A stretch of 33,498 nt of DNA. Source: Candidatus Jorgensenbacteria bacterium CG03_land_8_20_14_0_80_38_39 (GTDB lineage: Bacteria; Patescibacteriota; Minisyncoccia; UBA6257; GWB1-50-10). The notes under the pieces were generated by a model that was not told where the DNA came from, did not search any database, and was given only the letters and a program-made list of their open reading frames with translations. Location of the stretch: assembly GCA_002781185.1 (NCBI GenBank), contig PEUU01000011.1, positions 1 through 33,498 on the forward strand. The letters are read 5' to 3'. How positions within the stretch are numbered: the stretch's first letter is position 1; every line of letters starts with the position of its first letter. This document shows positions 7,872-16,289 of this stretch, piece after piece. Both the position numbers and the translations under genes were made by a program.

Positions 7872-8849
7872 ATGGCAAAGAAAAAGTTGATTAGAATTAA
7901 AGCAACCTATCTCAGTAAAGACCTTCAGCAAATATTAGGAAAAAAGAAAGAGGTATTTCAAGTTCCCCAAGGTTTTAGATCGGGTGATTTTTTTGATTTT
8001 CTTCAAGAACGCTATCAGGAGATATTTAAAAAGTTTGGCCCGGGTTATTTGGGATTTGTTTTAAATGGACAAAAGCCTCATGTTCTTACTTTATTAAAAG
8101 ATGGCGATCATTATAAGTTTATTACCTGGACCGCTAAAGAAATTTTAGAAGATGAATTTGCTAAACATCTTAAAGAAAAAGGGGCGATTATAGAACTGCC
8201 AAAAGGAAAATTTAAAATGCCGAAGTGGATGGGATGTACTTGGCGCCGGGTTGCTTGTGGTAAAGACGATTGTCTAATCTGTGGCCGGATTAAGAGAGAT
8301 CGACAAAAACATATTGAGCAAGGAGAAGACCCTGATGATATGAAATCGGTTTTTGAGGATGTAGATAGAAATTTTAAAGAAGTTTTAAAAATGATAAAGA
8401 AGGATTGTGAAACTTATGGAATTGAATTAACTAATATTGAAAATATTAAAGAGCCGCCAGAACCAGAAGAATTTCCTCTTTATAGAGAAATTGACGATTG
8501 GCGTGATAAAGTGATAGCGTTATTGGGGGAGGCGTATGAAACTGAAGAACTTTGGGTAGAAACCGAAGCGGCGGCTGATTTATCTTGGTATAAAGATACG
8601 ATAGCCGCCAAAATCTATAGACAACTTATCAATAAATGGCATATCGAGCAGGGAGATGAATACGGCGACTTTGATTATAAATACACAAAATATGTTCTTG
8701 GCGAATGTTTAAAAATTCTAAAAAAATCTCTCAATGAATTGATTTTGCTTCAATCTCTTCAAAAAGCGGATTTAATAGTGACTTTAGCGCGTCTTTTAGA
8801 AATTGAGAAAAAGATTTTAAAGACATTAGATAGCCAAAATTTAGGCTGA
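7872..8849 (+). CDS. Hypothetical protein: MoaD/ThiS-like N-terminal domain, Cys4 motif, helical C-terminus
   Basis: ATG at 7872 (the 7845 ATG lies inside palindrome P); ...FVLNG...TLLKDGD; CTWRRVACGKDDCLIC. Confidence 0.72.
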   Translation: MAKKKLIRIKATYLSKDLQQILGKKKEVFQVPQGFRSGDFFDFLQERYQEIFKKFGPGYLGFVLNGQKPHVLTLLKDGDHYKFITWTAKEILEDEFAKHLKEKGAIIELPKGKFKMPKWMGCTWRRVACGKDDCLICGRIKRDRQKHIEQGEDPDDMKSVFEDVDRNFKEVLKMIKKDCETYGIELTNIENIKEPPEPEEFPLYREIDDWRDKVIALLGEAYETEELWVETEAAADLSWYKDTIAAKIYRQLINKWHIEQGDEYGDFDYKYTKYVLGECLKILKKSLNELILLQSLQKADLIVTLARLLEIEKKILKTLDSQNLG

Positions 8850-8884
8850 ACTTAGCCACCAAAAAATTAGGCGATTAAATTTAT
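8850..8884 (+). repeat. Dispersed direct repeat B, copy 3
   Basis: ACTTAGCCACCAAAAAATTAGGCGATTAAATTTAT; degenerate extra copy TAGCCAAAATTTAGGC at 8831-46. Confidence 0.88.
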
Positions 8885-8936
8885 AAGTCAAAAAAGAGTT
8901 TTTATAATTCACGGTTGGGGCGGTTTTCTTGACGAG
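8883..8936 (+). pseudogene. 5' remnant of a YdeN/RBBP9-family alpha/beta hydrolase
   Basis: Reads (ATA)-SQKRVFIIHGWGGFLDE, resembling the family's N-terminus; no start codon and no continuation. Confidence 0.55.
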
Positions 8937-8946
8937 CCTTTACAAT

Positions 8947-9177
8947 ATGAAAATTTTTATCAAGGCGAAACCGAATTCTAAAAAAGGATTTGTGGTAAAA
9001 GTCAGTGAGACGAATTTAATAGTCGCGGTAAAAGAACCGCCGGTCAAGGGCCGCGCTAATGCCGCTATTCAAAAAGCGTTAGCGGAATATTTTAAAGTTT
9101 CGTTATCGCGGATTGTTCTTGTTTCTGGATTTTCTTCAAAAAATAAAATATTTGAAATTAAAGAAATTAAAGAATAA
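8947..9177 (+). CDS. DUF167 (YggU-like) protein
   Basis: MKIFIKAKPNS...VKEPPVKGRANAAI...SGFSSKNK. Confidence 0.9.
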   Translation: MKIFIKAKPNSKKGFVVKVSETNLIVAVKEPPVKGRANAAIQKALAEYFKVSLSRIVLVSGFSSKNKIFEIKEIKE

Positions 9178-9186
9178 AATAAAAAA

Positions 9187-9957
9187 ATGAATATTTTCCA
9201 AAAAATCATCATATTTATTATTGGATTTTCCGGGGTTTTTTATTTTGTACGGACGAGCGATTATTATAATAGTAAAATCCTGCTTGCGGATTTAGGCGGA
9301 ATACCGTGGCTTTATTCCACCATCGGCGTGATTTTTTCAATTATTGCCGCCTTTGCAATTCAGAAAGAATGGGACAATTGGAATAATCTTGTTGAGGCGG
9401 TTAAAAATGAAGTTGATTCGCTGGAAGAACTTTGGATTTGGGCAGAACGTCTGCCGGAAAATATCGGCAAAAAAATAAAAGAATTAATTATTGAGTATAT
9501 TAAAGTTGTCATAAACGAAGGATGGCAGAAAAGCGAGAGGGGGGAAAGAAGCGAAGCGGCTGAGCGAACAATTTTATCACTCCGTTATACCTTTCTTGAT
9601 GTTTCACAAAGTAATTCCCAGCTGCTTCGCGGTTCTTCATTACCTCTCGCCGGTCTTTTAAGATGCAGGAAGAGACGTCTTCATTTCAGCGCTCGTTATA
9701 TGCCGAATATTTTGCGATATACTTTGGTTTTTTCAATGTGTCTTCTTATTTTTCTTTCGCTTCTTGTCGGCATCAAAAATATATGGCTTGATTATATCTT
9801 TACCTTGAGCATCGCAATGCTTGTTTATATCATTTATACAGTCGTCATTGATCTTAACTATCCTCTTCGGCCCGGCGGATGGCACCTTACCACCAAAGAT
9901 TATAAAGAATTATTAAAGAGAACTGAAAAGTTTGCGTCACGCCACTATGAAAATTAA
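9187..9957 (+). CDS. Integral membrane protein, DUF4239/bestrophin-like
   Basis: YSTIGVIFSIIAAFAI...EVDSL and IDLNYPL segments; about 4 TM helices. Confidence 0.72.
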   Translation: MNIFQKIIIFIIGFSGVFYFVRTSDYYNSKILLADLGGIPWLYSTIGVIFSIIAAFAIQKEWDNWNNLVEAVKNEVDSLEELWIWAERLPENIGKKIKELIIEYIKVVINEGWQKSERGERSEAAERTILSLRYTFLDVSQSNSQLLRGSSLPLAGLLRCRKRRLHFSARYMPNILRYTLVFSMCLLIFLSLLVGIKNIWLDYIFTLSIAMLVYIIYTVVIDLNYPLRPGGWHLTTKDYKELLKRTEKFASRHYEN

Positions 9958-10225
9958 AAATCAATTTGAAAAAATTGAAAAAGAATCGGAGAAAATAAAA
10001 ACGGAAGCCAAGCAAAGAACGACCGGATATATTATGGCGGCTTTTGGTTTGGTGGCCGGTTTGGCATGGAACGAGGCGATTAAATCTCTGATAGAATATA
10101 TTTTTCCCTTAAGTCGCAATACCCTCTTGTTAAAATTCGTTTATGCTATTTTAATAACTTTAATTTTGGTTTTTATCTCAATTTATTTGGTGAAATTATT
10201 AAAAGCTGAAGAAAAAAATAAATAA
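9947..10225 (+). CDS. DUF5654-family small membrane protein
   Basis: AAFGLVAGLAWNEAIKSLI motif; ATG at 9947. Confidence 0.85.
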   Translation: MKIKNQFEKIEKESEKIKTEAKQRTTGYIMAAFGLVAGLAWNEAIKSLIEYIFPLSRNTLLLKFVYAILITLILVFISIYLVKLLKAEEKNK

Positions 10226-10246
10226 AAGAAATTTTTACACGCTTTA

Positions 10247-11458
10247 TTATTTCATTGCTTCCCAAAGTAGGGGGTCTTGGTCGCCGTCCCATTTAAAAAA
10301 GACGACGCCGTGTAAGCCAAATTTTTTAGCCAGCGCTATCTTTTGTTTAGCTGATTCCGCGTCACTGAAAGAGACAAAGCGCGTTACTCCGTTGTTTAGA
10401 GTTGTAGAAGCAAGTGTTGAAGGAAGAGTTGAAGAAGCAGTCCAGGTAAGATTAGGCGATATATTGTCAACTGCTGTGCTTGTTGCGTAAATAAAACTGA
10501 GTTCGCCGGCGCTGTTCCGGCTCGGCGCCACACCAACGGAATCCGCTCGGTTCATTGCCTGAAAAAAGGTGTGGCTTCGCAAACGTTTATAAGTTGTTAA
10601 GCTGCTTGCCCAGGCAACCTCGTATTCATAGCCGTAGGTTGGGACGCCAAGCATTATTTTTTTAGGGCTTATTGATTTTAACGTTTCTTTTAAAATTTTT
10701 TTAACCCAGTCAGGGTCAGCGACCGGCGCGTACAATTCGCCGTTTCCTTTTTGGCTGTTAAGTTTTATATCAATTAATCCCTGGTCATAAGCCAATATTC
10801 GTACTTCATCACAATATTTATTCAAAACTTTATAGTCGTTTGCGTAGGCAATCTCAGAAGAATCTGGCAGCTTTATATATTTTGAAGAAAGGGAAGTGCG
10901 CGGCTCAATTGTGCAGGATAAAGTTTTACCTAAGGGATGAAGCCGTATCGCCAGACCTTTGATGAAAAGTGAAAAATACGAATTGGTCTCGGCCAATTTC
11001 GCTTCGTAGTCAATGTCAATGCCGTCAAATTTATTATCCTTAACGAGTTTTGCAATTGTGTCTTCGTGGTCGAGGCGTTTCTCTTTATCGGAAAGCAAAG
11101 CGTGAATCGCCGGACCGTCAAACCAGGCAATGGTGGGGATAATTTTTATTTTCATGTCCCGCACGGCGGAAAGCCAGACGGGCCAAAATCCCTCGGTGAT
11201 TTTCAATATGTCCACGAGTGTTCCGTCCGGCTTTACTTCGTAAGAGAATGGACTAATCTCGTGAAATTTCTCTAAGTTTAAAGAAATGTCTTGGCTACCG
11301 GATTGTTTTTTCCAAAAAGGAAACCAGCCGGCGTAATAAAATGGCGTCTTCGCTCTTTTCACTTTTTTCGCGGCAGCCAAACTCTGAACTGGCAGAAAAA
11401 TATTGAGGACAAGTCCGATAAGAATAAACCCAGAAATGAATTTCGGTATTTTTTTCAT
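10247..11458 (-). CDS. Secreted glycoside hydrolase family 18 protein
   Basis: Catalytic DGIDIDYE (DxxDxDxE), ILAYD and KIMLGVPTYG; signal peptide from MKKIPK at 11458. Confidence 0.9.
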   Translation of the reverse strand: MKKIPKFISGFILIGLVLNIFLPVQSLAAAKKVKRAKTPFYYAGWFPFWKKQSGSQDISLNLEKFHEISPFSYEVKPDGTLVDILKITEGFWPVWLSAVRDMKIKIIPTIAWFDGPAIHALLSDKEKRLDHEDTIAKLVKDNKFDGIDIDYEAKLAETNSYFSLFIKGLAIRLHPLGKTLSCTIEPRTSLSSKYIKLPDSSEIAYANDYKVLNKYCDEVRILAYDQGLIDIKLNSQKGNGELYAPVADPDWVKKILKETLKSISPKKIMLGVPTYGYEYEVAWASSLTTYKRLRSHTFFQAMNRADSVGVAPSRNSAGELSFIYATSTAVDNISPNLTWTASSTLPSTLASTTLNNGVTRFVSFSDAESAKQKIALAKKFGLHGVVFFKWDGDQDPLLWEAMK

Positions 11459-11604
11459 ATCTATCGCATTATTCGCTTCTTGCGCTGAAAAATCAAGAGG
11501 AATGAGGAATGACGCCAATATTTGCAGTAAATCAGAAGCCCGGCCCGCCGGCTGGTGCGAGGAAATTTTAAAGGAAAGTCAATCTTGGTACTGGGTAAGA
11601 AAAG

Positions 11605-11705
11605 TTAATGGTTCGACCTCGCTCACCATTAATCTTGAGCGCAGTCGAAGGATTAATGGTTCAACCTCGCTCACCATTAATCCTGAGCGCAGTCGAAGGA
11701 TTAAT
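11605..11705. repeat. Tandem pair of 48-bp REP-like palindromic units
   Basis: TTAATGGTTCRACCTCGCTCACCATTAATCYTGAGCGCAGTCGAAGGA x2, two differences. Confidence 0.9.
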
Positions 11706-11756
11706 TTTTAACCTCTTGACATTTGTGTTATACTAAAAAGAAATTCTTTTTGATTT

Positions 11757-12695
11757 ATGATTTACGATGTTATTATTGTTGGTTTGGGACCAGCTGGTGT
11801 GGCCGCGGGGATATATGCTAGCCGAAAAAAATTAAACACCTTAATAGTGGGCGAAGAATTTGGCGGTCAATCAGTTGTTTCGGCCGATATCCAAAATTGG
11901 ATTGGCACTTCTTCTCTTTCCGGCGTGGAAATGGCGGAACGACTTGAAAAGCATTTAAAAGCCGGAGAAAATATAAAAATCGTTTCGGGAGAAAAGATTG
12001 AAGTCATTGAAAAAGTTAAGGTTGATGCCGGTTTTTTCTTTCGTTTAAAAAGCAATAAAAATAATATTTTTGAAGCCAAAACTTTGCTGATAGCCAGCGG
12101 CAGCCGGCGCCGGCCTTTAAATGTGCCCGGCGAAAAAGAATTTAGCGGCAAGGGAGTTTTTTATTGCTCAATTTGCGATGCCCCCTTAATGAAAGATAAA
12201 AAAGTCGCGGTCATTGGCGGCGGCAATGCCGGTTTGGAAGCAGTTGGTGATCTTTTGCCTTACGCTTCCTTTATTTATCTTTTGGAATTTACTAAAATTC
12301 TTCGCGCCGACCCTCTTACTCAAGAAAGATTTTTAAAAAATGAAAAAGTAAAAGTTATTTTTAATGTTCAAGTCAAGGAAGTTTTCGGCGAGCAATTTGT
12401 TCAGGGACTTACTTATGAAGATTTGAATACCGGCGAAGAAAAAAAATTGGAACTCAGCGGTATTTTCGTGGAAATTGGTTCTCTGCCTAACAGCGAATTT
12501 GTAAAAAATTTAGTTCAGATAGATAAAACTGAGGTGATTATTGTTGAACCATTGAGCGGGAAAACCAGTCAAGAGGGGATTTGGGCGGCCGGCGATGTCA
12601 CTAACTTGCCCTACAAACAAAATAATATTGCTATGGGTGACGCCATTCGGGCAATTTTAAATATTTACGACTATTTAAATCAAAAGAATTCATAA
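11757..12695 (+). CDS. trxB: Thioredoxin-disulfide reductase (TrxB/AhpF-like)
   Basis: GLGPAG (FAD), CSIC redox motif, GGGNAG (NAD(P)H), WAAGDV; TGtTATACT at 11726-34. Confidence 0.88.
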   Translation: MIYDVIIVGLGPAGVAAGIYASRKKLNTLIVGEEFGGQSVVSADIQNWIGTSSLSGVEMAERLEKHLKAGENIKIVSGEKIEVIEKVKVDAGFFFRLKSNKNNIFEAKTLLIASGSRRRPLNVPGEKEFSGKGVFYCSICDAPLMKDKKVAVIGGGNAGLEAVGDLLPYASFIYLLEFTKILRADPLTQERFLKNEKVKVIFNVQVKEVFGEQFVQGLTYEDLNTGEEKKLELSGIFVEIGSLPNSEFVKNLVQIDKTEVIIVEPLSGKTSQEGIWAAGDVTNLPYKQNNIAMGDAIRAILNIYDYLNQKNS

Positions 12696-12722
12696 AAAAA
12701 TTTATTTTTTTATTTTTTAAAG

Positions 12723-12759
12723 TTATCCACAGGTAAAATGATTGGCAATATGATATAAT
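12723..12759 (+). promoter_or_regulatory. DnaA-box consensus plus extended -10 promoter
   Basis: TTATCCACA at 12723-31; TGaTATAAT at 12751-59. Confidence 0.6.
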
Positions 12760-12854
12760 TAAAGTAAGAAAAAATTAAAAGGCCATAGAAGATAGGTTTA
12801 AAAAAAAGAAAAGGCCGGCTATCTCAAATGGTCAAAAATTAAATAAGAAAACAA

Positions 12855-12890
12855 ATGGCTAAGAAAAAAGGAAAGGGTAAGAAGAAATAA
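12855..12890 (+). CDS. Putative 11-aa Lys-rich micropeptide MAKKKGKGKKK
   Basis: ATG...TAA lying between a promoter and a terminator. Confidence 0.45.
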   Translation: MAKKKGKGKKK

Positions 12891-12898
12891 CCCTTAAG

Positions 12899-12927
12899 TG
12901 TTCCCGCTCCAGCGGGAACATTTTTTT
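12899..12927 (+). terminator. Intrinsic terminator
   Basis: TGTTCCCGCT-CC-AGCGGGAACA followed by T7. Confidence 0.8.
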
Positions 12928-13004
12928 CAATCAAAAAGTTAGAAAAATCCTTTTTTTTGGAGCTTTTTTAATTTTTTTTGAGTGCTATACTAAAAAAGAA
13001 TCTT

Positions 13005-13367
13005 ATGGGAGTAAATAAATTTACAGCCGCTGAAATTCTTCTGGGCTCATGTTTGACGCTCCTCGTTGAATTTGCAAATTGGTTGTTAGACCTTATTGGT
13101 GTAGGGTTTGTTATTATGCCCGTACTTAAAGCAATGGTTTGGATTATGTTTACAATGTGGTTTATAGCCAAGGGAGATAAATTTATTACTAAACCTGCTC
13201 GGGCAATAACCAGCTATGTCAGTCAAGCCTTGCCTATAGTGCCCGCCCTTTTATTAGCTTTTTTGATTAATGTTTATATGCATAATCATCCAAAAATTGC
13301 TAAAATGGCCGGAGGTCTAGGAAAAGGAACGGTCAGCGGCGCCGTTACTAAAACCGCCATTAAGTAA
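13005..13367 (+). CDS. Small multi-pass membrane protein
   Basis: About 3 hydrophobic segments; ATG at 13005 after TGcTATACT (12983-91). Confidence 0.75.
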   Translation: MGVNKFTAAEILLGSCLTLLVEFANWLLDLIGVGFVIMPVLKAMVWIMFTMWFIAKGDKFITKPARAITSYVSQALPIVPALLLAFLINVYMHNHPKIAKMAGGLGKGTVSGAVTKTAIK

Positions 13368-13376
13368 TAAAATTTT

Positions 13377-15074
13377 ATGAGCAAAGAAGTTGAACGCATT
13401 AAAGAAAAATTAGACATTGTTGATTTTATTAGCTCTTATCTTCCGCTTCAAAAAGCGGGCAAGAATTTTAAAGCCCTTTGTCCTTTTCATCAGGAAAAAA
13501 CCCCTTCTTTTGTTGTTTCGCCGGAAAGACAAATGTGGTATTGCTTTGGAGCCTGCGGCGAAGGCGGGGACATTATTAAGTTTTTGATGAAATATGAAAA
13601 TCTGGAATTTTATGAAGCTTTAAAGTTTTTAGCCGAAAGAGCCGGCATTGAATTGGCGGCTTTGAACCCCGCTGCCCAAAGAGAAATCGGAGGACTTTAC
13701 GATATTCATGAAAAAGCTAAAGAATTTTTCCGGAAAGAGTTATTTCAAAATCCGGCGGCTTTGGAATATTTAAAAAATCGGGGGCTGGGAGAACAAACAA
13801 TTGAAGAATTTGAACTAGGTTTTTCTCCGGGCGGGGAAACACTTACCCTCCATCTTTTAAATATGGGTTATGACATTGATGACTTGGTTAAAAGCGGTTT
13901 GGTTTTTAAAAGTCAAAAAGGAATGCATCGCGATAAATTTGAGAAGAGAATCATTTTCCCAATTTATAATCATTTAGGAAAGGTAGTGGCTTTTACCGGT
14001 CGCCTTTTTTTAGATGAATCAAATGTTTTAGATTTGCCGAAGTATTTAAACAGTCCGGAAACGCCGATTTTTAACAAATCAAAAATTTTATACGGTTTTC
14101 ATAAATCAAAAAATAGCATTGCTCAATCAAAAAGCGTTCTTTTAGTTGAGGGGCAGATGGATTTTTTAATGGGCTGGCAGGCCGGCATTAAAAATATCGC
14201 GGCTGTTTCCGGCACGGCTTTAAGTCAAGCTCATTTAGAAACCTTAAGGCGATTAGCCGACACGGTAATTATTAGTTTTGATAATGATGAGGCCGGCTTA
14301 AAAGCTTTGGAGAGAAGTTTGGATGTTTTTGGTAATTTTGATTTTTTCTTAAAGGCTTTAAATCTTTCCGGTTTTAAAGACCCGGCCGAAGCCATTTTAA
14401 AAAATCAAGAATATTTTTTGGAAGCCGTTAATAATGCTCAACCGGTATTTTCTTACCTTTTTAAACATTATTTGCCCACCTTAGGTGGTTTGGATAATAT
14501 TTCCAAAAAACGAGCGCTGCGACACCTGCTTTCAAAAATTAAAAAAATTCCCAGCGCGGTGGAAAGAGATTCTTGGATTAAAGAACTGGTTGGCTATTCA
14601 GGGGTCTCCGAGGTTTCTTTAAATCTTGAAATGGCTGCTTTAGAATCGCTGCCGAAAAAAGAAAATCAAACCGTCACGGATGACTTTATTAAAGCCAGCC
14701 GGCTAGATTTAATTTCCCAACGTTTAATTACTTTAATCTTTGCCCGGGAAGATTTGTTGCCTCATTTACATCAGTATCGTCAATATTTGCCCTTAACTTT
14801 TCAGGAAATCCTTGATAATTTAAATAGTGAAAAAGCCGCCTTTTTTAAAATGAGAGCCAGTTATGAATTTGACGACCTTAAAGCCGAAGTTTTGGAAAAA
14901 GAATTTCAAGATTTAATTAAAAACTTGCAAATTGAATTTTTAAAGCAGGAAGGTTTAAGATTAAAGAAAGAAATTAAAGAAGCCGAAAAAAGAAATGATA
15001 ACGAAGAATTAGATGAAAAGAGCTCAACTTTTTCTCGCCTAAGCCAAGAACTTCACAGGCTTCTGAAAATTTAA
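13377..15074 (+). CDS. dnaG: DNA primase
   Basis: [11 protein letters not shown] zinc finger, [13 protein letters not shown] and FDNDEAG TOPRIM motifs. Confidence 0.97.
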   Translation: MSKEVERIKEKLDIVDFISSYLPLQKAGKNFKALCPFHQEKTPSFVVSPERQMWYCFGACGEGGDIIKFLMKYENLEFYEALKFLAERAGIELAALNPAAQREIGGLYDIHEKAKEFFRKELFQNPAALEYLKNRGLGEQTIEEFELGFSPGGETLTLHLLNMGYDIDDLVKSGLVFKSQKGMHRDKFEKRIIFPIYNHLGKVVAFTGRLFLDESNVLDLPKYLNSPETPIFNKSKILYGFHKSKNSIAQSKSVLLVEGQMDFLMGWQAGIKNIAAVSGTALSQAHLETLRRLADTVIISFDNDEAGLKALERSLDVFGNFDFFLKALNLSGFKDPAEAILKNQEYFLEAVNNAQPVFSYLFKHYLPTLGGLDNISKKRALRHLLSKIKKIPSAVERDSWIKELVGYSGVSEVSLNLEMAALESLPKKENQTVTDDFIKASRLDLISQRLITLIFAREDLLPHLHQYRQYLPLTFQEILDNLNSEKAAFFKMRASYEFDDLKAEVLEKEFQDLIKNLQIEFLKQEGLRLKKEIKEAEKRNDNEELDEKSSTFSRLSQELHRLLKI

Positions 15075-15093
15075 AAAAATTACTATTTATAAG

Positions 15094-16287
15094 ATGAAGA
15101 AAAAAAATAAAAAAAATCTTAAAGGAAAGAAGAAATTAAGCAAAAAGAAATTCACCCCCCGTTTTAGAAAGAAAAAACATCCGCTTAAACTTTCCCCTCA
15201 CCGCGAAGAACATTTGGAAATTTTAGGAGATTTGGTTCGCCGCGGCCGCAGTCGGGGGTTTGTGACCGAGGCGGAAATTTTGAATTATTTCCCATATTTG
15301 GAAAAAGATTTGCCTTTCTTGGAAAAAATTTATAGCCGTTTGGAAAAAGAAGGCATTGCTGTTCATGAATCCGGTTCTTTAATAAAATCAGCCGGCAATC
15401 TTGACTTGGAAGAAATTAGTCCCGATGAATTAAAACGAGCGACCAGTATTGAACAGGGCTTGCCGGATGCCGTTCAGATGTATCTAAAGGAAATCGGCAA
15501 AACTCCGCTTTTGGTATTTAAGGAAGAAAAAGAACTGGCCAAGAAAATTGAAAAGGGCGACGAAGCGGCAAGGAAGAAATTAATCCTTTCTAATTTGCGG
15601 CTGGTGGTTTCTTTAGCTAAACGGTATGTTAATCGCACTCCCCATTTGGGCATTTTGGATTTAATTCAGGAGGGCAATATCGGTCTTTCCCGGGCCGTGG
15701 AAAAATTTGATTATCGCCGGGGGTTTAAGTTTTCCACCTATGCCACTTGGTGGATTCGGCAAGCCGTAAGTCGGGCTTTGGCTGATTATTCACGGACCAT
15801 CCGCATCCCCGTTCATATGGTTGAAATTCTTACTAAATATTCTCAAACTAAACGCCGCCTGATGCAGGAATTAGGCAGAGAACCTTTGGCCGAAGAAATT
15901 GCCGGCGAGATGGGGGTGAATGTTGAAAAAATCCGTTATCTTCAAAAAATTTCCCAAGAAGTTATTTCTTTAGAAGCGCCCATTGGCGATGACAGCGATG
16001 ATTCTACCCTTTCCGATTTTATAAAAGATGAGCAAAGCCTTTCGCCTGACCAGTTGGCCAACCAAGCTTTGCTTAAAGACCAAATCAGGGAAATTTTGGT
16101 TGATTTAAGCGAGCGAGAGCAGAAAATTCTTTCCATGCGATTCGGTTTGGAAGACAATATTTTCCATACTTTGGAAGAAGTGGGCAGAGTTTTTGGAGTA
16201 ACCCGGGAAAGAATCAGGCAAATTGAAGCCAAAGCGTTGGAAAAAATCAGAAAGCACAAAAAATCAAAATTTTTGGAAGGGTATTAA
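15094..16287 (+). CDS. rpoD: Primary sigma factor
   Basis: [49 protein letters not shown]; follows dnaG. Confidence 0.96.
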   Translation: MKKKNKKNLKGKKKLSKKKFTPRFRKKKHPLKLSPHREEHLEILGDLVRRGRSRGFVTEAEILNYFPYLEKDLPFLEKIYSRLEKEGIAVHESGSLIKSAGNLDLEEISPDELKRATSIEQGLPDAVQMYLKEIGKTPLLVFKEEKELAKKIEKGDEAARKKLILSNLRLVVSLAKRYVNRTPHLGILDLIQEGNIGLSRAVEKFDYRRGFKFSTYATWWIRQAVSRALADYSRTIRIPVHMVEILTKYSQTKRRLMQELGREPLAEEIAGEMGVNVEKIRYLQKISQEVISLEAPIGDDSDDSTLSDFIKDEQSLSPDQLANQALLKDQIREILVDLSEREQKILSMRFGLEDNIFHTLEEVGRVFGVTRERIRQIEAKALEKIRKHKKSKFLEGY

Positions 16288-16289
16288 AA

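Noticed and set aside
1-10246. Prophage or integrative element at tRNA-Ser
   Set aside because: No integrase or phage structural genes, and I found no duplicate of the tRNA 3' end.
11403-11711. 102-aa ORF on + strand
   Set aside because: Overlaps the GH18 start on the opposite strand, and its C-terminus is just the translated 48-bp repeat.
11716-11734. TTGACA/TATACT as a canonical -35/-10 pair for trxB
   Set aside because: Spacing is only 7 bp; only the extended -10 is credible.
12723-12731. Replication origin
   Set aside because: Only one DnaA box seen and no dnaA/dnaN nearby.
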